From Escherichia coli (GTDB lineage Bacteria > Pseudomonadota > Gammaproteobacteria > Enterobacterales > Enterobacteriaceae), in the NCBI RefSeq assembly GCF_022493755.1, contig NZ_CP028767.1: a stretch of DNA of 64,000 bases; one strand, given 5' to 3'. Shown in pieces: positions 29,601 to 42,352 of the stretch. A program made the position numbers and the translations under genes. Numbering within the stretch: the first letter of the stretch is position 1; the number at the start of each line of letters is the position of its first letter. Below the pieces are notes generated by a model. It had not been told where the DNA came from, did not search any database, and was given only the letters and a program-made list of their open reading frames with translations.

Positions 29601-30496
29601 ATGGGGCAATTCTGTGGGGTGAGCAATTCTCTAATTTGCCAGAAAGCAGGGTCCTCGAGCTAGCTCAAAGGCTGCTGAGTAAACCGAATGGTGATGAAGT
29701 AGTATTGGAAGCACTGAGTATGAAACTAGCTGATAAAGGAGATGCTACGGATACACTAGGTCTTGCGCTACGAACAATCGGAATATCCGCTGCAATCCAG
29801 AGGTTCCAAAGAGATCACAACGATCTCGGCGGATATCTGGATTATGCAATGGAACGTGTTATCGATGCCACATTGCGCTTCGATGGCAACGAGGCTGAAA
29901 AGCTAGAATGGCTGAATACAATCTTCGCTGTTGTTGATGAGCATTTTGGCTACATTTATTCTTTCGAAGACGCTATCGGTATCACCGCTGCATGGATGCC
30001 AAAAGAATTTCTCAGTCGCATTTTTGATGGTACGGAGGATCAACAACAGAGGCGGCTGCATTTCATCAATCATGATGATTCACATCAGTCTCCTATTGCG
30101 AAAATCGATGTAGATATTTTGATTGAATGGTGCAGGACCACTAAAGACCCTCAGGTTTGGGCTTCAGTCGCTTCAGGTATTAATCTATGGTCAAAAGACG
30201 GGGAGCAAAGTCCTATTTGCTTGCAGGATGATGCTCTGAGATTTCTAGAAGCCTCACCCGAGCCACGAGCCGTCCTTGAGATCTTTGCCGAACACGTAGC
30301 ACCTTCATCATGGTTCGGTAGTCGTGCGAACGTGATGCAACCTAGGGTTGAAGCGATAGGCCAGTTGGTCACCCACGAGCGTGCAGACATTTCTAAGTCG
30401 GCTAGAGCTGTTTATGAAAAACTGACTGACTGGGTTGAAAAGGAAAAAGAACGTGAGCGATTGGAAGATGAGGCATTGGAACAACGGTTTGAATAA
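26645..30496 (+). CDS. 1283-aa protein: Mrr-type PD-(D/E)xK nuclease N-terminus, P-loop NTPase, long helical C-terminus (Avs/STAND-like)
   Basis: PDGGIDIHVQ...VFQAKK (D...QxK), Walker A GLSGVGKT, Walker B-like AIMILDN, then ~900 aa predicted helical. CDS confidence high, functional call moderate. Confidence 0.6.
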   Translation: MAIFDIEKDELLRLSDIQLEELIARLAEAEVAMHGHSPACVNWSGSITAPDGGIDIHVQVPIDQLKAGFLVRPDTVFQAKKHKMPKSAIEREIGTGKALSPIISEQARKQGSYIIVSLGDDCSPSGKKDRLKAMRDAVKDDPNESYLHLDFYDRSKLIQWLRQHPSVMLWVKAKLGQGYSGWQPYGAWSNPPQGVIDTLISAPGVTITLPSGKGQKLKIDEAINPMRALIRSTNKAVRITGLSGVGKTRIVQALFDETVGTDALDRTVAIYVDTGYEPVPSATAMLDNLLAEGRRAIMILDNCPSELHASLASKVSAAGKEVSLITIEYDIRDDKPQTTEVIHIETDGPDVAEQLLIRRFPSIGQNNARRIAEFADGNARVALAIAERVEEGESLALLSDAQLFNRLFEQRNHPDGHLREQAEILSLVYSFSISSPDAATDELEILGVLSGYPKIQLFKAVTKLMERHIVQKRSHWRAILPHAIANKLAASALNSIPIDQLRTTFEAPDRQRLLMSFAHRLGLLHSHAVAKEIVEAWLQPEGLLGKIIDLDDVSTRILNYIAPVAPGALLERIEETLVTSNFEHFKSRYNPQRTAIIKLLQLLAYESKYFERCIKLLIRIADQESASNNYDSARNKIKRFFQPYLSGTHASLEQRVAIMNECIDSSMAERRRMGIEMLETALGGPPWTGFGINEFGARPRDYGFRPSYDELVAWLFAFIDILVRLGTSGVPELEDDARRILADKFRWIWRHGGIRSKLIDAARKLHAHRPWGEGWKAVRSTIYFFHTKRKDNEDVEPLPEILVTLERELEPKDLVSAIMAYVLSNRRDFWALDADYEHQGTNKFSEIRKILCAKAFKLGHEFAVSSHGLDELCPNLFLRDGMPYRVEFGKGLANGAPDLRIYWQQLVIQLDLQHKSQRDVSVIRGFIEETHSIDSALAQELLDQCAQHSELRFELVNLHPWQEFTEIDLDRCMSLLDDSDIQPHMYGAILWGEQFSNLPESRVLELAQRLLSKPNGDEVVLEALSMKLADKGDATDTLGLALRTIGISAAIQRFQRDHNDLGGYLDYAMERVIDATLRFDGNEAEKLEWLNTIFAVVDEHFGYIYSFEDAIGITAAWMPKEFLSRIFDGTEDQQQRRLHFINHDDSHQSPIAKIDVDILIEWCRTTKDPQVWASVASGINLWSKDGEQSPICLQDDALRFLEASPEPRAVLEIFAEHVAPSSWFGSRANVMQPRVEAIGQLVTHERADISKSARAVYEKLTDWVEKEKERERLEDEALEQRFE

Positions 30497-30541
30497 AGGC
30501 TAGTTGCCGTCTTCACAGGAATTCTGTTTAAAGGAGAAATC

Positions 30542-31288
30542 ATGGAATCTGCACGTAATAAATATACCAGTGAGATTATTGAGGCAGAAGATCTTTGGTT
30601 ACTTGATGTTGTAGATACGAACGGTTACGTATGCTGGGGATGTGGGATTGAGATGTATCCTTCCGCTTGGCAAAAAGGAAGTAAGAAAAGACCGTCGTTT
30701 AATAAAATGCCTGGAAAAGAGCATATTAACTGTGATGCAGATGCTGAAAGCACAGTGGTTAAGCAGGGACAGAAAAAAAGCGTCCGCAACATGCTAGACA
30801 GCGCACCGGGTTTGATGCCCGCAGGGTTAAAATTGATTGAACAACGACCCGTTGTTGATCCTGGCACTACTGGTAGCGACAACAACACCAATCCAATACG
30901 TTCTACATCGTCAGCATCCAGCGGGGGAAATGCTCCAGCGCGGCAATCCCGCCGCCCGGTTAATGCTATTCGCCAGATTTGTAGGGCATTTATTCGCTTC
31001 CCGTATGACCGTGGTATGTCATTAAATATCCCAGGTATTAATGCCGATACTTACATGACCGTGTTTAAAAAACTAAAAGACCCGGTTCAACCCTACCCTG
31101 AGCGCCGAGTTTTTTATTCGCAGTTGTTATGGCAGAAATTTGAGCAAGACGAAAACCGAATTGTCATTCCGCTCTCGGGAGAATGGGCAAAAGACGAATC
31201 TGGTAAGTTTAAGCCCTCGCGTAGCTATAAACTACACATTGAGTGGGGAGACTGGTCAAAAGCCAAAAAAGACTATGCTTTTGAATGA
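30542..31288 (+). CDS. Hypothetical protein with N-terminal CxxC...HxxC motif, 248 aa as read
   Basis: Starts 46 bp after the NTPase gene; the overlapping frame 31140-31454 may be its true C-terminus via an A6 run. Confidence 0.5.
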   Translation: MESARNKYTSEIIEAEDLWLLDVVDTNGYVCWGCGIEMYPSAWQKGSKKRPSFNKMPGKEHINCDADAESTVVKQGQKKSVRNMLDSAPGLMPAGLKLIEQRPVVDPGTTGSDNNTNPIRSTSSASSGGNAPARQSRRPVNAIRQICRAFIRFPYDRGMSLNIPGINADTYMTVFKKLKDPVQPYPERRVFYSQLLWQKFEQDENRIVIPLSGEWAKDESGKFKPSRSYKLHIEWGDWSKAKKDYAFE

Positions 31289-31457
31289 GCTTGAAACTGT
31301 GCAGGAAGAAGCAAAAGAAGCAGTAAATAAAAAAGCTAAAGAGAGAGCTCAAGTCTTCTTTATCGGTGAACAAAGCACTGAGAATCCGGAAATCTTCTAC
31401 GTGAGTGATTACCGGTTAATCTGTGCGATTATGGGATATATAATTTACCCCTGACGT

Positions 31458-31490
31458 AAATGGGCCTTCTTGCAAAATGCAGGCCCATTT
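31458..31490. terminator. Hairpin terminator after the NTPase operon
   Basis: Perfect 10-bp stem AAATGGGCCT/AGGCCCATTT with 13-nt loop, 4 bp after the stop at 31454. Confidence 0.45.
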
Positions 31491-31721
31491 ACATAATTAT
31501 TTTCGACTACCACTAAGGCTACTTCAAACCTATAAATTTCATTCAATTTCTCGTGTAGACACAATTACAACAGTCATCATAACAATAGTCATATTAACAA
31601 TGATTGGTTTTCCAATAGATTTATGTGGGGTATTTTCATAGCGATGTAATTTCAAACCCATCAAGACTGATCGTATAGTAGCCCTCCTGATAGACATAAA
31701 AATATCAAAACCATAATAATA

Positions 31722-32603
31722 TTAATTGTTAGTATTGTTCTTTAGGACTTTATCAATCTCTACTTTTAGATCACCTGTAGACCATTTATTAAGTCTGCGG
31801 CGGATAGTTTCCTCTCTATCGCCTGTATCATTTATCCATTTATCTGGATTGACCTTTTTATCATTATTACAAATATAGGGCATTAAATATTCAAGAAGTT
31901 GACGTTTATTTTTCCAGTCGCTATGTGAAGGAATATCTTCAAGTAAGATAACAACTGTATCTTTAATATATTCAAGTTCTGCAAGTTTATTTTTCCCTCC
32001 AGCGCTTGAGCGCGCTCTTCTGCATACTTTATCAAAACCACTTCTTAATCGATAAAAACTCGGTAAGTCTCGGTTATCATCTCGCGAAATACAGACATTC
32101 ATATAAGAATAAGCATCAAGAAGAAACTTACAACTTTCTTTTTTATTGCCCAATGAATATTGGAACTGCGCCCAGTAAAAATCTTCTAAAGCCATAGATA
32201 GATATATATATTCATAATGTGCATCATATAGTCTTGCTAATCCTGTCAGTTTATACCCGTCCATTTTTCCTCGAATTTCAATCCGATATTCTGCATATGT
32301 TTCCTTATAAATAAAAGGTTTCTCAACCATTATTCCATCAACATTTATAAACTCTTGTGAGTAGCGTATATTGTCGCTATTAGTCATATCTACAAAATAT
32401 TGACATTGTATTTTTGAATACTCAATAATTTTAAATTCTTCAATTTTATCATAGGCTCTTTGCCTGTAAGTGCGCAGAACATCCTGGTTGCTCTCCTTTT
32501 TTTCGACTTCAAGTTTCCATTCCAGCTCAAGAAGTTTGTCCTCACAAGCGGTACAAACTTGCAGATAGAAATCATCAAAAAAATTCGCACTCACATCCTT
32601 CAT
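31722..32603 (-). CDS. Hypothetical protein, AT-rich island gene
   Basis: 293-aa ORF divergent from alpA. Confidence 0.55.
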   Translation of the reverse strand: MKDVSANFFDDFYLQVCTACEDKLLELEWKLEVEKKESNQDVLRTYRQRAYDKIEEFKIIEYSKIQCQYFVDMTNSDNIRYSQEFINVDGIMVEKPFIYKETYAEYRIEIRGKMDGYKLTGLARLYDAHYEYIYLSMALEDFYWAQFQYSLGNKKESCKFLLDAYSYMNVCISRDDNRDLPSFYRLRSGFDKVCRRARSSAGGKNKLAELEYIKDTVVILLEDIPSHSDWKNKRQLLEYLMPYICNNDKKVNPDKWINDTGDREETIRRRLNKWSTGDLKVEIDKVLKNNTNN

Positions 32604-32716
32604 GAAAAGTAAATCCCTAAAGTGATTTTATTTTAATGTTACTTCCAGTGTATGACAGCCCCAGCGTGGTTGGCAATATGGACCCACCTGAACAAACTCA
32701 TACTAAGGAAGCCTAG

Positions 32717-32956
32717 ATGTTACAGAACCCTCCCTCCTTACATACATCCAGTTACGCAAATATTCCTGATTCACCGAGGATCTTGAGGCTAAAAGATGTC
32801 ATGAAAAAAATGGGAATTTCACGCTCAACCATATACGACTGGCTTAATCCAAAATCGCCACGCTACGATGGAACATTTCCAAAACAAAAACGCTTGGGAA
32901 GGCAATCCGTTGGCTGGCTGGAGTCAGAACTGAATGAATGGGTAATGCGACGTTAG
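32717..32956 (+). CDS. alpA: AlpA-family prophage transcriptional regulator
   Basis: GISRSTIYDWLNPKSPRYDGTFPK...VGWLESELNEW matches the AlpA/Vis HTH family. Confidence 0.75.
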   Translation: MLQNPPSLHTSSYANIPDSPRILRLKDVMKKMGISRSTIYDWLNPKSPRYDGTFPKQKRLGRQSVGWLESELNEWVMRR

Positions 32957-33121
32957 ATATCATTTCACCGTATCAGTGAACCGGGGCAATGCCCCCGGTT
33001 TGCTCCACAAAATCACATTCCTCCCCGGAATTCGAATGCAAAAAAAAACAGACCTGTATTACCGCAATGAATACATTGCAGCGAAGTTGCTGTATCGAAT
33101 TTTTTTCATTCCGGAGGCTAC

Positions 33122-35098
<1,977 letters not shown>

Positions 35099-35433
35099 TT
35101 TCATCCTCTGAAAAGTGAATACTGAGTAGCGTTTAAGCGACCTTAGCTTTGCTGCAACATCAGCCCACAGGCACCAGACCAGGGGATTCATCCTGAAGAG
35201 ACAGCGCAAGTGTATTGTGTTCACCGCTCATCAAAGACATCATGATGAAATGATGATATTCCGCATAAGAATGAGGCATTTTTTAAACGCAGTGCGCTGA
35301 AGTGTGGTTGGATAAAAAAGTCAATCCATTCAGGAAATACGGGCGTATTCTTTTCTTTCGACAATGAGGCCGTTGGCAAAATAAAATGATTTACATAATC
35401 GTTTCTGATGAATATCTTCTGCTCACATAAAAA

Positions 35434-35640
35434 TCACACAATAACTTTGAGATCGCAGATTGTTTTACTTTTACAGCATTCGTCCCCCCATTGTTGGGCA
35501 AATATAGATTGGGCCAGAGCACGAAAGTTAATACCACGTTTGCACAGCTCCTCCAACAGCACGACAAGATGCCACATACTGCGCCCCAGTCGGTTCGGTT
35601 TACAGACTACCCGTGCGTCCACCGCCGATAATGTCCTGAC
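35434..35640 (-). pseudogene. Serine invertase fragment (pinH-like)
   Basis: NRLGRSMWHLVVLLEELCKRGINFRAL resembles residues ~65-95 of the intact invertase at 9733-10305. Confidence 0.55.
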
Positions 35641-35659
35641 CAGTTTTTTCAGTCCGGAC

Positions 35660-35752
35660 CTCCTGCCACGGTTTTACGTTGAAGTGGTAACCCTGAGCAC
35701 GCAGTTCTTCAGTCAGGCGTGGTGTACCGTAACCCTATTATTGATGGGTAAG
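35660..35752. mobile_element. IS3 relic (orfB piece plus terminal repeat)
   Basis: Resembles IS3 segment ~25345-25435 and the IS3 terminus ...TATTGCTGGGTAAGATCA. Confidence 0.45.
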
Positions 35753-35837
35753 ATCAAAAAAACTTTCAGGCAGCTAAGGAAAGTTGAACCAGACATTAGA
35801 ATAAATATTTCAACCAATTACAGCACCAATTCAGACA

Positions 35838-35913
35838 CCGCCAGCTCAACAAATAAATCAAGGGGTTACGTGAAAGCGTAGCCCCTTTTTCTTTGGTAGT
35901 GGCAGCAAAATGG
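35838..35913. repeat. Direct repeat copy 2 (ssrA 3' end plus terminator hairpin)
   Basis: CCGCCAGCTC...GCAAAATGG matches 1144-1220. Confidence 0.8.
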
Positions 35914-36007
35914 TTGTAGTGTAAAAAATAATCCCGTTTAATCAATCAATAATACATATTGTTTCAATCTACGTTATTATCTCTTTGTAAAAATAGCCAT
36001 TTATTAA

Positions 36008-36751
36008 TCATTGAAAACTGCTTTTAGAACTTGATACAACGGGACTAGTCACAACAGGACTATTCTCAACGGGATCATCCTCAGAGGAACTATCATCAAA
36101 GTCATCATCCATAAATAAAATATCATCGAATGGTGCCACGCCCGTGATGAGTTTTATTTTATTATTACGATCAGTCAAGACTCCACTTAAACCGTTTTCG
36201 CTCACAGGTTTTAATGATTTTTCATTACTCTTGTTGTAAGCAGGCGCATTAAAAATACACGGAGTATCAAGATCAAACAATGACGTTCCCCAGTTCACAT
36301 ATTGAATATCATAGTTACTGAAGTTCTGTCCAGAAAAGAAGCATCCCTTAAAATCCAATCCACCTAAATTATATAAACCATCCTCTTCTTTTTGGAGAGT
36401 AATGTTAATTTTGGCTATCTCCCGGACATCATCGCCATTTTTATATTTGAATACCGTTTCAAGATTTTCCCCACACAGTTTGACTTCTGGAAATAATTTG
36501 AAATCAAAGCCTATATTATTATGTATCAACGTAGATGAACAAAAGATGGAGAAAGCTTGCAGTGCTGAATTATAGCTTTCGATTTTATCCTGAGGCTGCG
36601 CTCTTGGTAAAAACTCATAGCAACATTCATAAAAATTAAGTAGAAACTCTGAAGACCTTCCATTTTTATCAAATAATATCCCCTTGAACTCATTCACAAA
36701 CGCATCTTTTTTTTCTTGAATATCTATGGGGTGTTCCTTTGACTCTGACAA
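36008..36751 (-). pseudogene. Hypothetical protein, 3' part of the same frameshifted gene
   Basis: 247-aa ORF, TTG start, overlaps the upstream ORF by 16 nt in the adjacent frame. Confidence 0.5.
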
Positions 36752-36765
36752 AGATGAAATCTCAT

Positions 36766-37380
36766 CTATTTTTTTTCATATGAATTACGTGATTCCATAC
36801 AGACATTTGGCGGCGTTTCTAAAATAACACTACGCGTACTACTTGGCTTAAGTAAACCAACATGAAAATCACTTTTTCTTATATTATCGAAAAGGTTCTG
36901 TTCATTTCTTTTAGCGCATTCAAAAAACTGATCGTCATTATTTTTATTCGATAATTTTTTAGTTTCAGAAAACACATTTTCATTGTTTTCCAGCTTTAGT
37001 TTAATGAGAAGATTTTCCCAGACCTGCTTGCTTAAACATATTACGTCAGGCTCACCAGAACTAACTAACTCGTGATTATTATTAAAGTGTACGTTGAATA
37101 CCTTTAAGTTATTTTCACCAACTTCATATTTAATACGTTTTAATTGTTCTCCAGCTCCCATAATGACAAAGGCGTTGCCTTCTTGATATATACATTCAGA
37201 CATCATTTTTTGTAAAGTTTCAAGAGCACCGCGATACGTCTCTGATGCAGCTTCCTTACAAATTAATTTTAAAATACTATGAGCTAGTAGCTCCATGTGT
37301 TTAGAAGATTTATTTTCATTATAACTTCCACTACCCAAAAATGCGCTAGCGTTAAATCCGTTGCTTTTACTAACTAACAT
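36766..37380 (-). pseudogene. Hypothetical protein, 5' part of a gene frameshifted at an A8 run (ypjC-like)
   Basis: 204-aa ORF stops directly after an A8 tract; one extra A would fuse it to the next ORF. Confidence 0.5.
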
Positions 37381-38131
37381 TGTCTATTCCTCAATTAATG
37401 TCTACATGGCTATTTTTAATTTTATTATTGTTTGTCACTATAAAAAATCGCTCATTTGAGACAATTGCTGGCATTAACAGCTTCATATGCTATACATGGT
37501 ACTTTTAATTAAATTAGCACAAGAATGTTAAATTTAATAAACAAAAAGTTATTTCGCTGTATGATAAAAACCACCCGTTATAATTTATTAGTGAAATTCG
37601 TTTTTCGAGTGTTAGAAATTTATATCTCAATAGCGTTGGTTAATGAGCATAGCCACGCTCCTGTAACGCTCACAAAACTCATCTGCCTGCGGCGGGTGTT
37701 CTGGTCAGTAGTAGATGTTTAAGGCGTGGCAGAGACATTTCATCCTTACTCTACGGCATTGTTCTACATACATTGGTTGTGGTACTCACTCATCATCAGT
37801 GAGCGAACAGAGAATAGTTCAGTGATTTGAGTAATTAACCTGATTAAATTAAGGGGTATAATAAATGATAATACTCTGGCTTTATCGTTAATTACTTAAT
37901 TCCACATGTAAGCAATTTGCCCGCTTGGCATAGCAGGCATTTTTTCCAGGTACTTTTGAATGAGTACTGATGGATAAATACATTGCAGTGGCGTGCCACG
38001 TACCAAAACACCAGCCCTCATTCGAAACCACCCACCGCACTTCTTCCTTGAAATGGCGTTAGTCATGAAATATAGACCGCCATCGAGTACCCCTTGTACC
38101 CTTAACTCTTCCTGATACGTAAATAATGATT

Positions 38132-38207
38132 TGGTGGCCCTTGCTGGACTTGAACCAGCGACCAAGCGATTATGAGTCGCCTGCTCTAACCACTGAGCTA
38201 AAGGGCC
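38132..38207 (-). tRNA. ileY: tRNA-Ile2 (anticodon CAU, lysidine type)
   Basis: 76 nt, 7-bp acceptor stem GGCCCTT/AAGGGCC, anticodon loop CTCATAA, ends CCA. Confidence 0.9.
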
Positions 38208-38766
38208 TTGAGTGTGCAATAACAATACTTATAAACCACGCAATAAACATGATGATCATATGATGTAAATAATAGATTTTTATGCGTTCTCATTCATCCT
38301 TGCTCGTCATTACACTCGACATAAAACCCGACACCGCTTCCATTCGCAAAGTCGATACTCGCAGTCAACAAGCAAATGTTAATAATTAGCACTATCTATA
38401 GTTATCATCGATTCAATGATAGTTTGTAATGATTTTGTATCTAATAATATAACTTTATTACATTAGCTGAAGAGTTTTCGCATCATTATGATATCTGTTA
38501 CTTTTCACTCCATAAAAATAAACTTCATATAGCAATATATTCTTTCATAGATCTTATTCTGCTAATCATTAGTTTCGTATGAGCGATTTTTGACAGTTGC
38601 CTCTCCAGACCACATCGATAATTAATAAAACAGATTTAAGCATTATCCTTTTCCATATAAATATTGGATAAAAGTAGGACATCTGTTTGCAATTACTTTC
38701 ACAACAATTAAACATTTTTATGTTTCCGTATACATCATATTACTCTACCATTAGAGGAACTTTATT

Positions 38767-40413
38767 ATGTTTTCTATAAAACCAGGACCCAGAAATTTAC
38801 CTATCGACAACCCCACATTGTTATCATGGAACATTACTGACGGGGATCTAAATTCCAAATTAAATACATTAGAATATCTAAACTGTATAACAAATATTAT
38901 TAATTCTTGTGGAGTTTACCCTCAAGGATTAAAAGACAGAGAAATTATATCAACTTTTCACGCAGAAAAAGTTATTAATGATCTGTTAAAAAACGATTAT
39001 AAAATTTCCCTTTCTCCAGATACAACTTATCGAGAGTTGAATAAAGCAGCACAGCGTAGCATTACAGCGCCAGACAGGATAGGAGAAGGAAAATCATGGG
39101 TTTATCAACGAGATACAATGATTGAAAGAGGTGATAACAGCGGTGTTCATCAGTATGGTCCTGCTGAACATTTCACCCACATTATATCTGACAAACCGTC
39201 CCCAAAAGATGAGTATATTGCATATGCTATTAACATTCCTGACTATGAGCTGGCAGCCGATGTATATAATATTAACGTGACGTCACCTTCCGAACAGCAA
39301 GAAACATTTAAAATACTAATCAATCCAGAACATCTACGGCAAACACTTGAGCGTAAATCTCTTACTGCTGTTCAGAAATCACAATGTGAAATCATACCCC
39401 CCAAAAAACCTGGCGAAGCGATTCTTCATGCTTTTAATGCCACCTACCAGCAAATCAGGGAAAATATGTCTGAGTTTGCACGTTGCCATTATGGGTATAT
39501 ACAAATCCCTCCAGTGACAACTTTCCGCGCCGACGGACCAGAAACTCCCGAAGAAGAAAAGGGTTACTGGTTTCATGCTTATCAACCCGAAGATCTTTGT
39601 ACCATCCATAATCCAATGGGAGATTTGCAGGATTTTATTGCATTGGTTAAAGATGCTAAAAAATTTGGTATCGATATCATTCCTGATTATACCTTTAACT
39701 TTATGGGAATTGGGGGTAGTGGTAAAAATGACCTGGATTATCCCTCTGCTGATATACGAGCGAAGATCAGTAAAGATATAGAAGGTGGTATCCCTAGCTA
39801 TTGGCAAGGTCAGGTTTTGATTCCATTCATTAAAGATCCAGTAACAAAAGAACGTAAACAAATCCATCCAGAAGATATACATCTCACTGCAAAAGACTTC
39901 GAAGCAAGTAAAGATAACATCTCTAAGGATGAATGGGAAAACCTCCATGCATTAAAAGAAAAGCGTTTAAATGGAATGCCTAAAACAACACCCAAAAGTG
40001 ACCAGGTTATTATGTTGCAAAATCAATACGTTCGTGAAATGCGAAAATATGGCGTACGAGGTTTACGTTATGATGCGGCAAAACACTCAAAACATGAACA
40101 AATAGAAAGATCAATAACCCCACCGCTTAAAAATTATAATGAGCGGTTACACAATACTAACTTATTTAACCCAAAATATCATAAAAAAGCCGTTATGAAT
40201 TACATGGAATATCTGGTAACTTGTCAGTTGGATGAACAACAAATGTCATCACTGCTTTATGAAAGAGATGATTTAAGCGCCATTGATTTTTCATTGCTCA
40301 TGAAAACGATAAAAGCCTTTTCATTTGGTGGCGATCTCCAAACCCTTGCATCAAAACCGGGTTCCACAATCTCAAGTATCCCATCAGAAAGACGGATATT
40401 GATTAATCATTAA
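38767..40413 (+). CDS. ygaQ: GH13 alpha-amylase-like protein, catalytic part (ygaQ-like)
   Basis: GVRGLRYDAAKH matches alpha-amylase region II (GFRxDAAKH). Confidence 0.65.
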   Translation: MFSIKPGPRNLPIDNPTLLSWNITDGDLNSKLNTLEYLNCITNIINSCGVYPQGLKDREIISTFHAEKVINDLLKNDYKISLSPDTTYRELNKAAQRSITAPDRIGEGKSWVYQRDTMIERGDNSGVHQYGPAEHFTHIISDKPSPKDEYIAYAINIPDYELAADVYNINVTSPSEQQETFKILINPEHLRQTLERKSLTAVQKSQCEIIPPKKPGEAILHAFNATYQQIRENMSEFARCHYGYIQIPPVTTFRADGPETPEEEKGYWFHAYQPEDLCTIHNPMGDLQDFIALVKDAKKFGIDIIPDYTFNFMGIGGSGKNDLDYPSADIRAKISKDIEGGIPSYWQGQVLIPFIKDPVTKERKQIHPEDIHLTAKDFEASKDNISKDEWENLHALKEKRLNGMPKTTPKSDQVIMLQNQYVREMRKYGVRGLRYDAAKHSKHEQIERSITPPLKNYNERLHNTNLFNPKYHKKAVMNYMEYLVTCQLDEQQMSSLLYERDDLSAIDFSLLMKTIKAFSFGGDLQTLASKPGSTISSIPSERRILINH

Positions 40414-40486
40414 CCACGTTTTTCCAAACAATGGCAATCTTTTCAATGACTTTCTATTTAACCATCAACAAGATGAACAATTAGCA

Positions 40487-41020
40487 ATGGCATATATAGC
40501 CGCTCTGCCGTTCAGCAGGCCTTTAGTTTACTGGGATGGCCAAGTATTAAAATCAACGACTGAAATTAAAAATTATGATGGGTCGACGCGTGTCGGCGGT
40601 GAGGCGTGGCTTAATAAAGGTTGCTCTACCTATCAGCAGCTCTACAATGAATTCCACGCATTATATATAGATAAAGCAGGAATATGGAGCGCATTTGAGG
40701 GTGTATTTGCAACTAAAAACGTTCTGGCCTTTAGTCGTGGGGATTCTGTGAACATTAATCACTCTCCTCATGATGGACTAGTTATAATAAATAAAGGAAA
40801 CGAAGAAGTTGAAGGTGCCTGGCCTAACAAATTGCAACCTGGAAAATATAAAAACATGGGGAGTAATAGCGTTAAGATTATTATTAATAATACCCGAAAA
40901 ATTATCCCCCCTGGTAAAGCATTTATGCTTAGAGGCGGAACTCTAAATATCAACATTCCTGGGCGTAGCGCTCTTCTTTTAGGGAGAACAGGAGAACCGC
41001 TGAACTATCTCTATTTGTAA
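40487..41020 (+). CDS. Alpha-amylase C-terminal domain fragment (separate ORF)
   Basis: VLAFSRGDSVNINHS... C-terminal beta-sandwich-like sequence. Confidence 0.5.
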   Translation: MAYIAALPFSRPLVYWDGQVLKSTTEIKNYDGSTRVGGEAWLNKGCSTYQQLYNEFHALYIDKAGIWSAFEGVFATKNVLAFSRGDSVNINHSPHDGLVIINKGNEEVEGAWPNKLQPGKYKNMGSNSVKIIINNTRKIIPPGKAFMLRGGTLNINIPGRSALLLGRTGEPLNYLYL

Positions 41021-41242
41021 TTTAATGTTATATCTGCCTCGCTAAAACGGGGCAGATAATATATTTAGTTTACTAGCGGTCATTTTGCAGTGAAGCCATT
41101 TACCGTTTTTTATCGACCAGATAATCTGTTCTCTGATGGTAATCCCCCCCTAACCTGTTGCTTTAGTTATTCATTTCCTGTCTCACTTTGCCTTAATACC
41201 CTACGTTAAATGTTACCAATTTGTTGCTTTTGATCACAATAA

Positions 41243-42334
<1,092 letters not shown>

Positions 42335-42352
42335 CGCAAAGGAATTGAGCGG

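Noticed and set aside
24256-31500. P2 old/tin exclusion genes
   Set aside because: Nothing in the region resembles an OLD-type ATPase-nuclease of P2 size or a Tin-like protein; the cargo here is different.
37896-38225. 109-aa ORF on the minus strand
   Set aside because: It reads through the tRNA-Ile2 gene (the translation is the tRNA sequence in protein frame); spurious.
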